From: Octopus vulgaris
Taxonomy: Eukaryota
NCBI GenBank assembly: GCA_951406725.2
Contig: OX597823.1
Coordinates: 61,318,001 to 61,382,000, forward strand
Length of the DNA: 64,000 nucleotides
Direction of reading: 5' to 3'
Shown: positions 40,583 to 54,263 of the stretch, one piece after another
How positions within the stretch are numbered: position 1 is the first letter of the stretch
How the letters are laid out: the number at the start of each line of letters is the position of its first letter
Program-made: the position numbers and the translations under genes
The notes under the pieces: generated by a model
Seen by the model: only the letters and a program-made list of their open reading frames with translations
Databases searched by the model: none
Told to the model about the DNA's origin: nothing

Positions 40583-41019
40583 ATTCATGCACACACATAT
40601 GTGTGTGTTGGGGTAAGTATGTGTTATTGGTTCTGACATTGAGTATTCAACGGCTGAGTATACCATATACTGATGTATACTTAATGTAATCTTCATGCAG
40701 AATCAGCATCACACAGCATGACAAGACTGGTTCTAAGAATTTACTGGTATAGTGCATACTATAGGCTTCCACACAGTTTCCATCTACCTACTTTTACACA
40801 CAAAGCTTGGGTCAATTTGTAGCTTAAGTAAAAGATACTTGTTTATGATGCCATATTGCAGGATTGAACATGGTGCCACATGACTGCTAAGCAAAACTTC
40901 TTACCCTTCCAGTAAGACATGTAGGTTTGTTGATATGTATTTACTTACTTATCTGTGTGTGTATTTATACATTTATATATACACAGATGCACACACACAC
41001 ACACATGCACATATATGTG

Positions 41020-41051
<32 letters not shown>

Positions 41052-41126
41052 CCTATACCTATATATATATATGTGTGTGTACATGTGTATATGTATGTAT
41101 ACATATATAGATATATATACATGCAG

Positions 41127-41168
<42 letters not shown>

Positions 41169-41226
41169 TTTTTTTTTCCTCCAGTTTCAGCTAATGAGCT
41201 GTGGCCATGCTGGGGCACCGCCATTT

Positions 41227-41301
<75 letters not shown>

Positions 41302-41936
41302 TATATATATACACATATGTGAGTGTGTTTATGTACATATGTATATAAACTGTATATACAATTAAATGTATATATACACCCACACATATATACATGATAT
41401 GTAATATATCAAATATATATATATGTGTGTGTGTGTCTGTGTGTGTATTTTATACATTATGTATACATGTGTATATATATATATATTTAATTGTATATAC
41501 AGTTTGAATGTATATATATACCACTCACATATATGTGTTTGTGTGTTTGTGTGTGTGCATGTGTGTGTCTCTATCTGTGTCTGTGCATGTATGTATAAAT
41601 ACATACATAGATAAATAAGTAAATACATATCAATACACCTACAGGTATTGTTGAAAGGTGAAGAAGTCTTGCTTAACAATCATGAGGCACCAGGTTCAAT
41701 CCTGCCATGTGGCATCTTAAACAAATGTTTTTTACCTAAGCTCCAAATTAACCCAAGTTTTGTGAGTACAAGTAGGTAGATGAAAATTGTGAGGAATCCT
41801 ATAGTATGCACTATACCAGTAATTCTTAGAAACAGTCTTGTCGTGCTGTGTGAGGCTGATTCTGTATGAAGATTACATTAAGTATACATTAGTATGTTGT
41901 ACACACACACATATTTGTACACAGATAGATATATGC

Positions 41937-41969
<33 letters not shown>

Positions 41970-41995
41970 TATATACATACATATACATTCTTTTT

Positions 41996-42034
<39 letters not shown>

Positions 42035-42219
42035 TTACATATGTATAAAATACATATACATACATATACATTCATATATGTATATATATATATATATATA
42101 TGTGTGTGTATACAGATATATATATATACATATATAAAATGCATACACATACATATGCATTCATGTAAGTATATATATATAAATATATGTATATAAATCT
42201 GTATATATACATGTCTGTC

Positions 42220-42282
<63 letters not shown>

Positions 42283-42296
42283 CATGTCTGTCTGTC

Positions 42297-42356
<60 letters not shown>

Positions 42357-43026
42357 CTATTGCAGTCAAAGAAATAAGTTTTCATATTAGGAATTCTTTG
42401 ACGACTTGTGTCACTCAATGAATTCTCTGAGACTACTTGAGTTCCCATTTCTATATTAACAGGACCAGTAGGTGTGGTATGGAAGGAAAATGGGTGTCAA
42501 GATTTCGTTCTCTTTTCTTTTCTTATCCTCCCTCTCCTGCTCCTCCTTCTTCTCTTTCACTTCTTCCTTGTGCTACATTCTCCTTCCTCTTCTTCTCTCC
42601 ACTACCTTGCTCCCTCCTACTGCTCCACTTCATATTGACAGTTCACGCAATTATGTATATATATATTTTACTTCGTATCCATCTTTCACTTATCTTTGTC
42701 AATGCTTCTTCTGTATATTTTTTTTAGTTCTATTAAAAATTAATAGACTCTCTCACACACACACACACACACACACAAATGCCAAAATTCCAGATTTCAT
42801 CTGCCCGCAAATGTCATAATATATAACTGGTATAACAACCACATGACTGCTTTTGTCTTTATTGTAAACAACAGTTCAATGTAAACAAACCTCTTTTGTC
42901 TTCACATGACAGCAAGACAAGAAACCAGAAGATATTGTGACAACTTGGTATATTTTAGTAATATCATTAGGTTTCTTGTTTTCTTGACCAGCTGAATTTT
43001 CCTTAGATCTCACTCAACAGGCTAAA

Positions 43027-43588
43027 TAGGTCAATGAAATTCCAACATAGTCTGGCTTTTACACTTTATTTTTGTATTTTTCACAATTCCACAATTTTAC
43101 AAGTACTTTCATACTTTCTGCAATCTTCAGGTTTATATAGTAGCAGTATTACCTAACAGTTATGTTTCACAATTATTTCGTTGCATGCTGACTGGTTAAA
43201 AGGTATTTATGAATAAGATGTTGTCAATGTGAACTGTGTTGGTGTGCTAACCAGGTCATGATAGCTAAGCCAAATACTGATTGGTTAAAAAGTTCTTATG
43301 AATAAGATACTATCAATATCAACTATAGTGAAAATACAGTTCATAAGAAACAGCTTGCTGGAGCCTACTGGAAAATATTTAAAGGCCAAATTTAAGCCTT
43401 ACACCATTGTTATCAATGTTGAGACACAACTGTTGGTTAATACTGCTACTAAATAATCCCTTATAAAATTTTAGGCAGCATGATAGTACTTGTCTTATCA
43501 TAACAAGTAATATCATAATACTGTAAAATTGTAAAACATGCAAAAATAAAATGCGCAAACCAGACTATGTTGGAGTTTCATTGACTTA
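43027..43588. mobile_element. MITE with long imperfect TIRs
   Basis: TAGGTCAATGAAATTCCAACATAGTCTGG / CCAGACTATGTTGGAGTTTCATTGACTTA, with weaker pairing extending ~70 bp inward. Confidence 0.75.
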
Positions 43589-43684
43589 TATATTTAGCTG
43601 TCCACAATCATATGAACTCTAAGATATATACATTGAAAAAAAGTTAAGATAGAAAATGCTAAAATTATTTTATAAAAAACATTT

Positions 43685-43719
43685 CAGTACCGGTTTCAGT
43701 CATTGAGACTTTTCAACTG
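43685..43719 (-). ncRNA. Minimal hammerhead-like motif, U3-A8 core variant
   Basis: CAG-UUGAAAA-GUCUCAAUGAC-U-GAAA-CCGG-UA-CUG; palindromic stem III ACCGGU and GUA triplet. Confidence 0.5.
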
Positions 43720-44139
43720 TAAGTATGGAAAACAATTAAATTTATGCATATATATGGATAAATTACCCAACTGGGTACCATAAGAACTCTCAGGTATAAT
43801 CCAGGTTCCAGCTAACTACATCAAATGGTAAGAAGCATCAAAGATTGCTTAGGGTGGGCAATTCCACTATACTTCTTCTATTGGGTTAACCTGGGTTTGC
43901 TTCACTGAATTACAAATATTTTCAGGAGTGTAAATCCAAAACAATTATAAAGAACATGGAAACTGGTACATCTTCAAATTTTGCTTTTAATTCAACAGTT
44001 AATTATAGAGCAGAATTAGTTAGTCATTTTAACTAACTAATACCTAACTGATTTTGCTGTGTAATTAACTGATAAATCAAAAAAAAAAAAATTGAAGATT
44101 ACCAGTCTCCATATTCTTTGTAATTGTTTTGGTTTTATA

Positions 44140-44435
44140 TCATCATCATCATCATTGTCGTTTAGCGTCTGCTTTCCATACTGGCATGGGTTGGACAGTT
44201 TGACTGAGGACTGGCAAGCCAGAAGGCTGTACCAGGCTCCAATCTGATCTGGCAAAGTCTCTACAGCTGGATGCCCTTCATAATGACAACCTCTCCAAGA
44301 GTGTAGTGGGTGCCATCGACCACACTCAAATGGTGCTTTTTATCTGCCACTGGCACAGGAGCCAATCAGGTGGTACTGAAAACGACCATGCTTGAATGGT
44401 GCTATTTATGTGCCAATCAGATGGTACTAGTATCA
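44140..44435 (-). mobile_element. Family B SINE-like repeat
   Basis: CTACAGCTGGATGCCCTTC and a (CAT)n tail. Confidence 0.7.
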
Positions 44436-44437
44436 GC

Positions 44438-44488
<51 letters not shown>

Positions 44489-45227
44489 GTATATAAAATA
44501 TATACACACACATATATAGATATATACATATGTGTGTTTTTGTGGTGTGTGTGTGTATATGATGGGCTTCCACACAGTTTTTGTCTGCATACCAAATTCA
44601 CTCACAAGGAATTGCCCAACCTGAGGATACAGTAAAAGACACATGCTCCAAGTGCAGCATGCTGGGACAGAAACTGAAACTATCTGCTTGCAAAGTGAAT
44701 TTCTTAACTACACAGTCATGTTGTACAATGTTTGAGCAAAACAAATGAGATGGTCACAACTAGAACGTCCTTGAGGAGAGTTGACTTTGAGGTGAAACAA
44801 CAACAGAAACTAGATCTTTCTTACTTGATTGTATTTGTTCGATTGTATGTTATCATTATAATTCAATTAATGAACATATATTAATTGTCATTACTGTTGC
44901 TATTGGATGTGTGCAACTGATTAAATTTAGGATGCACTCTGCAATATTATTGTTGTTTGTATTTGCATATCATGACAATATAAAACTGAATTGAATTAAA
45001 TGGAAAAATTGTAAACACAACGTACATTGACAACAATTATTTCCATCACCATCACCATCGCCACCGCCACCACCACCAACAACAACAACAAAAACAACAA
45101 TAAAAACAACAACAATAACAGTCGCAACAACATTGTTGCTGTAACTGATACAGTGATGATGATGATGGCAGTGGTGATGGTGATGGAGATGGTGGTGGAG
45201 ATGATGCTGGTGATGATGATGATGATA

Positions 45228-45259
<32 letters not shown>

Positions 45260-45361
45260 AATGATGATGATGAAAATGACGCTAAAGATCATTATAATAA
45301 TAAAGATGATGATGACTACTATGATGATAATGATGATGATTATGATGAGACAATGATGACA

Positions 45362-45393
<32 letters not shown>

Positions 45394-46812
45394 GATGATG
45401 ATGATAATGATGATGATGATGATGATAATGATGATGATAATGATGATGATGACAATGTCTGTGCTGATGCTGCCAGACATCTGCCTAGCCTGCATATAAT
45501 CACACTGATTTTTATTTGTTCTTTCTCTTTCCAGGAAAGTGCAAGTGTAAGGGGGGAGATGGGAGACATGCTGCATGTTATATCTATGTGAGGAAACAAT
45601 AAAGAGAGTGATAGAGTGGTGGTGGTGGTGGTGGTGGTGGTGACGGTGGTGGCAGGAGCAGAGATCGGATGGGTGGGAGTGGGAATGAGACAGACAGACA
45701 GACAGATAGAGAGAGAGAAAGGAAGAAGGAGAGAAAGACGGGCGATAAAAGATAGAGAATGAAACAATTGACATATATTTATTTACACACAGGCACAAAA
45801 ATACACGTGTGCATATATATGTGTGAATATATACATACATACATACATACATATTTATTGATACATACACACACACACGCACATATATATATATATATAT
45901 ATACGTGTTCCTATGTATGTTTGTGTATATGACTGTAATATATATATATATGCACATGTGTATGCATAATACATAGTCTCTTGTTTGTCAGGTGCAAAGA
46001 ATGCTGTCACTTAGTTTTACAGGAATTCTCAAATAAAAGAGAAAAAGTGATAAAAATAAACAATAAATAAATATAACAATAACAACAAAGACAACAATAA
46101 CAACAACAACTACAACAATAACAATTCTATATTCGCCTATCATTTTCCATTATGAATTGTATTAGTCAGAAAATTCATCTAAATGCTCGTTTAGTCTGTA
46201 TTTCAATGAAATAGCAGGTAAATAAATAACAAATCTCAGTTTAATGTCTTTGGTTATTTTATTTTATTTTATTTATTTTATTTTATTTTATTTCATTCAT
46301 TTACTTATTTATTTATTTGCTTCTTTTCTGTGGTTTATTCCATTGCAGACATTTTTCCAGTCTCTCCTTTGAAATATTTTCAATAAAGTAGATCAATAGT
46401 TAACACAATCAGAGAGTAACAATATGGTTCAAAACCATCAAAGATGTGGTTGTTTGATTAGGAAGTTTGTTTCACTACTATAGGGTTCCTGGTTTGGCCC
46501 CCACTGTGTGGCACCCTGGTTGAGTGTCTTCATCTTTGTCCAAAGCCTTGGGTTGATGAAAACCTTAAGGGAACTGGGGACACAGAAATTGTGTTGAATA
46601 ACAACAGATATCTATATATAAGTGTGTGTGTATATATATATATATATATATGGATAGATAGATATATATGTATGTATGCATGTATATCTAGACATATACA
46701 TACACATGCACATCCACACACACACAGACATATATATATATAAGAATATAGGAATAAATATGTACATATATATCTATATATATATGTATATAAAAATATA
46801 TGTATATATATG

Positions 46813-46866
<54 letters not shown>

Positions 46867-47080
46867 TGTATATACAGAGTCATCAGGTGAGATCCAGACA
46901 TGCTTAATATAGAAAACTTGTAGTAGTGCCCAAATGATTTGAACTTACACTTCAAAGGTCTTTATCATGGACTAAGTCTGTGGGGTGAAGAGTGGGTATA
47001 AGAGAAATCCAGGTGCACTGGTATGGAGATGGTGATGCAGATAAACATGCTTGGGCCTTCTGATATATATATATATATAT

Positions 47081-47115
<35 letters not shown>

Positions 47116-47552
47116 CACGCACACACTCACACACACACATATATATGTATACTAACCATAGACATGCTCATAAGATTAAAAAAGAGCCCACACATATTTT
47201 TTCATCACATTCAGAATTCTCAAAACATGGAATAAACTACCTGTGTCAATTAGCTATCTGATTCTGCGTCCGATGAAAACTCCATGCTTCTTGGAATTTG
47301 CCAATGCAGTTGATGTGCCTATGCACCCTTTCTTCAAGATGGTTCTTTTGTAGTTCGTTTTTCTGTTTCTTTTTCTTTATATCCTATTTTTTGTAGTGTT
47401 TATCTGCTTTAAGATTCCATTGCAGTCTTTTTTTTTTTACTTCACTTATGGTTAATTTCTATCTACTTTTTTAAACTTAGAGAACACTTGATAGCATACG
47501 TAAAGACATCAGAGACTAAATTCAAATCATTTGAGCACTACAAAGTCTTTTA

Positions 47553-47880
47553 GGTGTGGCTTTGTAGTAAGAAGCTTTCTTCCCAACCACATCGTTCTGG
47601 GTTCAGTTCCACTGTGTAGCATCTTGGGCAAGTAACTTCTACTATAGCCTTGAGCCAACCAAAGCCTTGTGAGTAGATTTGGTAGATAGAAACTGAAAGA
47701 AGCCTGTCATATATATATATTTATATATTTATGCATGTGTCTTTGTGTCTGTATTGTCCCCCACCACCATCACTTGACCGGCGGTGTTGATGTGTTTATG
47801 TCCTTGTAACTTAACAGTTTATCAAAAGAGACCGATAGAATAAATTCTAAGCTTCCAATGAATAATTTTTCAACTAAATA
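47553..47880 (+). mobile_element. Family A SINE lacking its tail
   Basis: Head and body motifs present; ends near CAACTAAA where an inverted duplicate begins. Confidence 0.78.
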
Positions 47881-48059
47881 TCCCTTTTTCATCAGACGCT
47901 GAATCAGATAGCTAATTGACACAGGTAGTTTATTCCATGTTTTGAGAATTCTGAATGTGATGAAAAAATATGTGTGGGCTCTTTTTAATCTTATGAGCAT
48001 GTCTATGGTTAGTATACATATATATGTGTGTGTGAGTGTGTGCGTGTGAGTGTGTGCTT

Positions 48060-48530
48060 TTACTCTTAGTCTTTTACTTGTTTCAGCCATTTGGCTGCAC
48101 CATAGTCTTGCTGATTTCCTCAGTCTGGAGTGTTTGACATCATCACACCTGTATGTGCCTTTTTTCCCAGCTATTGGCCCTTTTAGTGTATAAGGGAGTT
48201 TGATTCTGCTGCCCTCATCTGTACCTCATGTCAGGTTGGTTCACCCAGTATTGTGGAGTGGAGGGTGTCTAGTTCCTTTTTGATGACATCTACTTCCACC
48301 TTATGCAGATTGTTAAATTTTTGTGGCAGGGCAGTGAAGACGTGTGGGCCTTTGAACCCTAGGCTATTGCAGTACATGGTCCTGAATTTAGATAGAGTGG
48401 ATGGTACCTTTGGTACAGTACAATGGCAGCCAGTTCTGTCATTTGTATAACACTCAATGCCAAAATTAGGTACCAGCCCTCCTCGAGTTTTTCATATGTT
48501 GATTATTACATATCTGTCGTGCCTATCTTT
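48060..48530 (-). mobile_element. CR1/L2-group LINE 3' fragment with intact tail
   Basis: Minus strand ...GLVPNFGIECYTNDRTGCHCTVPKVP...CNSLGFKGPHVFTALP...RAAESNSLIH*, then tail ATGGCTGAAACAAGTAAAAGA. Confidence 0.75.
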
Positions 48531-48870
48531 AAATTTGTTTATGGGAAACATTTTGAATATACAAATAAAGCTCCTATTCTATTATGCTGGCTATAGTCTA
48601 TGATGCTGACTGGTGAACCAGTTTTTTGAGGTTGCATCAAGCTGTACTTATATAATGTAGGATAAATATAATAATAATAATAATAAAAATAATCCTTGCA
48701 TGGGATTTATAAACATTTGATGTAGCTCTACATGCATTGAATGAATCCATAAAGATGATCAACCCAATGCCTACAAATACTATGGACTGCACTGTAAACG
48801 TCACAGGAACATGGACATGGAGCAATGCAAAAAATGCTTATAAATTCCATCCAAGGATTATTGTTATTAT

Positions 48871-49228
48871 TATTACCTCTGCCTTAGCGATAGCGGAGGT
48901 ATTGTTTTCAGTCATATTTGTTTGTTTGTCCATGGACTAGATATCTTAAGAACTGCTGGATGGATTCAGACGAAACTTTCAGAGATGTTTGGCCTTGAAC
49001 AGATTAGATTTTGGGATTGATGTGGTACCAGACAAGGATTCTGGATTATTTTTCTTGTTTTTTTTTTTACTTAACTTTTGAGAGTGATCAGGTTCATTTT
49101 TAGTGTTCTCGCTTGTGAGAACAGCCGAGTTTATTTCAGATATTCTCATTTTAAAAATCATCTCTGGCTAATCGTTGAGAGGATGTTGGTGTTGCCTTGG
49201 CAGAGGTCTGTGCTCTCTGAGTGCTTTT
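48871..49228 (+). mobile_element. Helentron-associated (HINE/DINE-1-like) non-autonomous element
   Basis: Subterminal inverted repeat ACCTCTGCC / GGCAGAGGT, internal GTTT repeats, 3' hairpin GTGCTC-TCT-GAGTGC and T-rich flanks. Confidence 0.6.
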
Positions 49229-49241
49229 GTTATTATTATTA

Positions 49242-49289
<48 letters not shown>

Positions 49290-50715
49290 ATGTATGCATG
49301 TATGAATGTATATATGAATGTATTTATATCTATATATATGTGTATGTATATATATGTATATGTATATGTATATATATCATCATCATCATCGTTTAACGTC
49401 TGCAACCCATGCTAGCATGGAAAGCGGACGTTAAACGATGATGATGATGATGATGATATATATACATATACATATACATATACATATATATACATACACA
49501 TATATATAGATATAAATACATTCATATATACATTCATACATGCATACATACATCCATACAGACATATATATGCTGTGTGAATGTGTTTACGTGCATGTCT
49601 CTGTGATGTATATCAGTTTATCTGCAAATTCTAATACAAACAGAGGTGAGAAGCTGAAATAACTGTGGCTCTCACTTTCAGAAAATACAGTGAGCCAGTG
49701 ATCAGGACTCGTCACAAACCTGTAACCAATAACACTATTGTTCAACAAATTGCTATATAAAATCAAATAAATAATATAAAATAAATCATGGCGAGATACA
49801 TAGACACAAAATAAATAAATGAAATATAAAACAAAAAACAAAACAAAAAAAGAGCATTCCGCCAGTTAGTGAAAGAACTGAGCAAATTTTAAATTCATAA
49901 GAAAGAAGATAAACAAATATTGTGTGTATGAATACAAATAAGTGAGCTGTCTATGCCGAAAGATTTTTTTTTTTTTTACAAAATGGTAAACAACTTCCTT
50001 TTCATTCACAATTCTTTGAGTTCATATAAACTGAGGACATTTTTTTTTTGAAACAGAAAATGAACAATTCTCAGAAAAAAATTGCAACAAAAAAATATTA
50101 AAAAAATAAACTCAACTTGATTGATTGATTAGAAAGAAATTTCTTTGTTTCTTTTCTTCTTTTTTTTCTGCTTTTCCTTTATTTATTTATTTATTTTTTG
50201 TTGTTTTTTTTTGTTTTTTGTTTTTCTCCCCTGTTATTTCTTTTAATTATATTCTGCTATTTTCTGTGTCACAGAATAAATGTTTTTGTCTTATTTATTT
50301 TGTTTTTCTACCATTCTAAGAATCCTTCAGCTAGAACAAAAAAATAAATAAATGAATAAAATAAAATAAAAATGAATGCAAAAAAGACAACAAAAAACCA
50401 GTAAACCAAAAATAAACAAAAAAGACATAAAAAATGGTTTTGTTCAAAGTGGGATAAAAAATAAAAATAAAAAACAAATCAAACATAGTTTGAAGTATTG
50501 TAATAGTGAAAAAGAGGTGTGTTTGTATTTCTGTCTTAGTCTTTGTCTTTCTGTAGTGGCAGTACTAGTAGTTGTAGTAGTAGTAATTGTAGCAGTAGTA
50601 GTAGTAGTAGTAGTGGCAGGATAATTGCATGTAGATTATATTTGCTGTATCAATGGTAACTTCTTAGTATACTTAGATTAATTGCCAAGTATTAGTCGTG
50701 ATAAAAATTAGTGTA

Positions 50716-50763
<48 letters not shown>

Positions 50764-51001
50764 TGTATATATATTTCTACAATGCAAAAGAAACATTCAA
50801 AAATATATATATATATATTTCATATATATATATATATGTATGTATATTTGTTGAATGTCTCTTTAGCACTGAAAAACAACAAGAAGCTTAATATATACAA
50901 ACAACAGTTATTAATGGGTCCAGCATTCGAAGCCTTCATACTTTTATTCCTGTTTATTGACTCATAATTCTAATAATAATGATAATAATAACAGTAATAA
51001 T

Positions 51002-51039
<38 letters not shown>

Positions 51040-51934
51040 CAACAACAACAATAGTAAATAAACAAATAAATAAATAAAATATTCTCTAAAACTAATATTC
51101 ACTTTTGAGAGAAATTCTGTTGGTGATAAAATGGTATAATTAAGCAATTCTATCAAAAGAACAGTGTTATATTCTTGCCTTTGATTTTTCTATACATTTG
51201 AATGTGTGCCAAAAGAGATAGTCCAGTATTAGCATATTGGTATTGAAGAGAAACCAGTAAGGGGAAAGAGAGAGAGACAGAAAAAGACAAAGAGAGACTG
51301 AGAGAGAGAGAGAGAGAGAGAGAAGGTGTGAGAGAGTTATTGTAAAGTAGTACAAATGTAGCGTCTTGACAACAGATTGATGAAAATATATATAGTTGAG
51401 AAATTGCACCAAATTCTACCCCTTGTACCATTGTATATTTATTTATTTATAACTGTTTTAACTCTGCTATAGGTGGTTATGGCTTAGGTCTTGCAAAGCT
51501 GTATATTTGCATACTGGATGAAAATTGTTGGCTTTTTTTTTTTTAAGCTGGCTGTCTGGTCTTCTTACTTCAAACCAGTCAACTGTGAAATAAGATTGAA
51601 AAACCTGTTGTCAGATAGGCAAAAGTGAAGGCGACACAAAGTTATATGCATTACTAAGAAACATAATACAATGGCTATAGTCCAGAAGTTTTAAACCTAC
51701 AACAGTGCTTTCATGAAGCTCAGCGATTTAACCTCACAGCCACCAGTGCTTGCTAAAATAGATAATTGTTTATTGAAATAAAAAGTTTTATTTTAATCAA
51801 TACAGACTGCTTGATTGTTTAGCAGGAATAATTTTTTTTATATTTCAATTACTTATCATTTTAGTAGATACAATTATAAAAAAAGAAACATGTAAAATAA
51901 ACACACACATAAGTGCATATGTGCACATACACAT

Positions 51935-52007
<73 letters not shown>

Positions 52008-52145
52008 AGTATGCATATGCATATATATATATAGATATAGATATATATACATATATGTGTGTGTGTGTGTGTGTATATATACATACATATATATATATAC
52101 ACACACATATATTTACACACATATATATATACACACATATATATA

Positions 52146-52570
52146 CAGGGTGCAATGGATAAATTGTCGCCATTTGATATTTTTGATTTCACAAATGCGC
52201 ATTGTTTATTTTTGATTATTTTGTCCACTACACAGTATAGTAGGGTCAGTTGGGCATTGTCTGTGAAAAAAATAGCACTATGATACAATTCATTCTGCCA
52301 GAAATTTGGAAATTACATGCTGTGCTGCTGGGCATTCACACCGGAAGCTCAAATATGAACATTTCAGAGTATTTGGGTGTCAATCTGAGGACTTGTACCA
52401 AGAGTGATAAAAAGCAAACATCCAGTCAGCATCATGGTCTTTGGAGTGATCACTAGTGATGGTGACATTATGCTACCATTCATCTTCCCATACAGCCTCA
52501 TACTCAAGATAGAGGTCTATATCAAGTGTCTGGATGAGGTAGTGCTGCCCTGGGTCAAGAGGTAGGCTGC
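52146..52570 (+). mobile_element. Tc1/mariner-superfamily (maT-like) transposon fragment
   Basis: Starts TA|CAGGGTG; encodes KHPVSIMVFGVITSDGDIMLPFIFP...VYIKCLDEVVLPWVK. Internally deleted and truncated. Confidence 0.7.
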
Positions 52571-52700
52571 TATATGCACAACACATAGTATACAGGAACA
52601 AATGCACAATTACATACTGGCATACGCAATGACTTGTTTTTGAATATAGCCGGTATGTAATTGTGCATTTGTTCCCATATACTATGTGTTGTGCGTATAG
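52570..52700. repeat. Fold-back repeat (~51-bp arms) directly upstream of a hammerhead
   Basis: GCACAACACATAGTATA..GGAACAAATGCACAATTACATAC pairs with GTATGTAATTGTGCATTTGTTCC..TATACTATGTGTTGTGC. Confidence 0.88.
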
Positions 52701-52702
52701 GA

Positions 52703-52784
52703 CATCCTGACGAGGAGAGTGTCAATTTTAAATATATGATATGTCTCATATTAATTGGTGCATCTCCGAAACAGCCCGTAGATG
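52703..52784 (+). ncRNA. Type-I hammerhead ribozyme, intact core
   Basis: CAUC-CUGACGA-GGAGA...UCUCC-GAAA-CAGCCCG-UA-GAUG. Stem I 4 bp, stem II closes with G-C, GUA cleavage after 52780. Confidence 0.8.
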
Positions 52785-53236
52785 AACTTCTATGTATCTT
52801 TGTAAACTTGTATTTTGTAAACTTGTATAATTATTATCTTCTATGTGCATTTCTCTAGAAATTTTAATTCGTCTTTTATTATGTCAGTGTATGCTTTATT
52901 TTTTTATTTATTATTTTTATTTCTTTTATTGTAACAAATTTATACTAAATGTTTTAAGCGTAAATTCAAGGTGTTATATGCAAAATTTATATTTTTATAT
53001 GATATATTACTAAATTTTTTAAATTTTAAACGTCGGGCTTTATAGATATAAATGAATATATGAATATATGTATATGTTTGATCTTTCTGTAGATTTTGTA
53101 ATGTTCCTTTAGTTGTTGCTCACATTGCCTCCCCTTGGATAAAAAAAAGTGTATACAGCTCATTAGAGCACTACTATTTCCAGTCCGTTGTATATCTTGA
53201 GCATTGTTGTCACTTGAGATATAACTTCATATTTTG

Positions 53237-53288
<52 letters not shown>

Positions 53289-53624
53289 TTGTGTGTGTAT
53301 GTATATATATATGTGTGTGTATGGTCAGTATATCATAAATCTGAAAGAGAAGCACACTCTAACCAAGAGAGCAGTAGAGTAATTAGATAAATAGACCAGT
53401 CATAATTATATCTAATTATATATATATATATCTAATTATATTTTATATAAGGTGTATTCCATTAGGAATATATTGGAGTACAAAATAGAGCTCATTCACC
53501 CTTAGAATTACTAAAAGCTGGCAGCATTCGAAGTCTAGGCTTAAGCATTCATTGTGTGTGAAAAATAAATATTGAATAAATAGAGTCAACAGGAAGGAAT
53601 ACGTTTAGGCAGCTATTTAATAAA

Positions 53625-53726
53625 CACTACACATGTTTCGATACAACATAGATCCATATATACACAGGATTTAAATTAAGCAACAGTTTATCTGTACAAT
53701 GGGATCCAGTTGTATCTCCTCAGGTG
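53625..53726 (-). ncRNA. Type-I hammerhead ribozyme, intact core
   Basis: CAC-CUGAGGA-GAUACAAC...GUUGUAUC-GAAA-CAUGUG-UA-GUG. Perfect 8-bp stem II base and near-palindromic stem III. Confidence 0.8.
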
Positions 53727-54263
53727 ATATATATTTGCTGTCCCCATAAGTAAATCTTTGACTTTGATGCTAACACATCCAACAGGCTCTTTTGAATCTA
53801 GTAGACACTGGCAGTGCCATTCTGCTTGCTGTCAACATACCTCTACATGCTCAACATGAGCGACATTGTATACATTGGCTGTCCACTTTGTTTCACATGT
53901 TATGTTGCACATGCTAAATTTTACTATTTTGCAAACGCACTCAAATATGCTCATATGTATACAATCACTGACATGCATATACACACAACTACATCTCTGG
54001 GCATCCCCATACACACACACACACACATATATATATATACATATATATATACATATATATGTATGTATATATACTCGTGCACCCCTGACACACACACATC
54101 AATCAACAAACACATTCACACCCATACATATATCTACCCAAATTCATGCCCATAGGTATATCGTTGGACACTCCATCATATATAGACACACTCCATCATA
54201 TATATATAGATGTGAGGCAGAAAGGATGGGTGTGGTAAAATAGCATAATAATTATTATCATTT

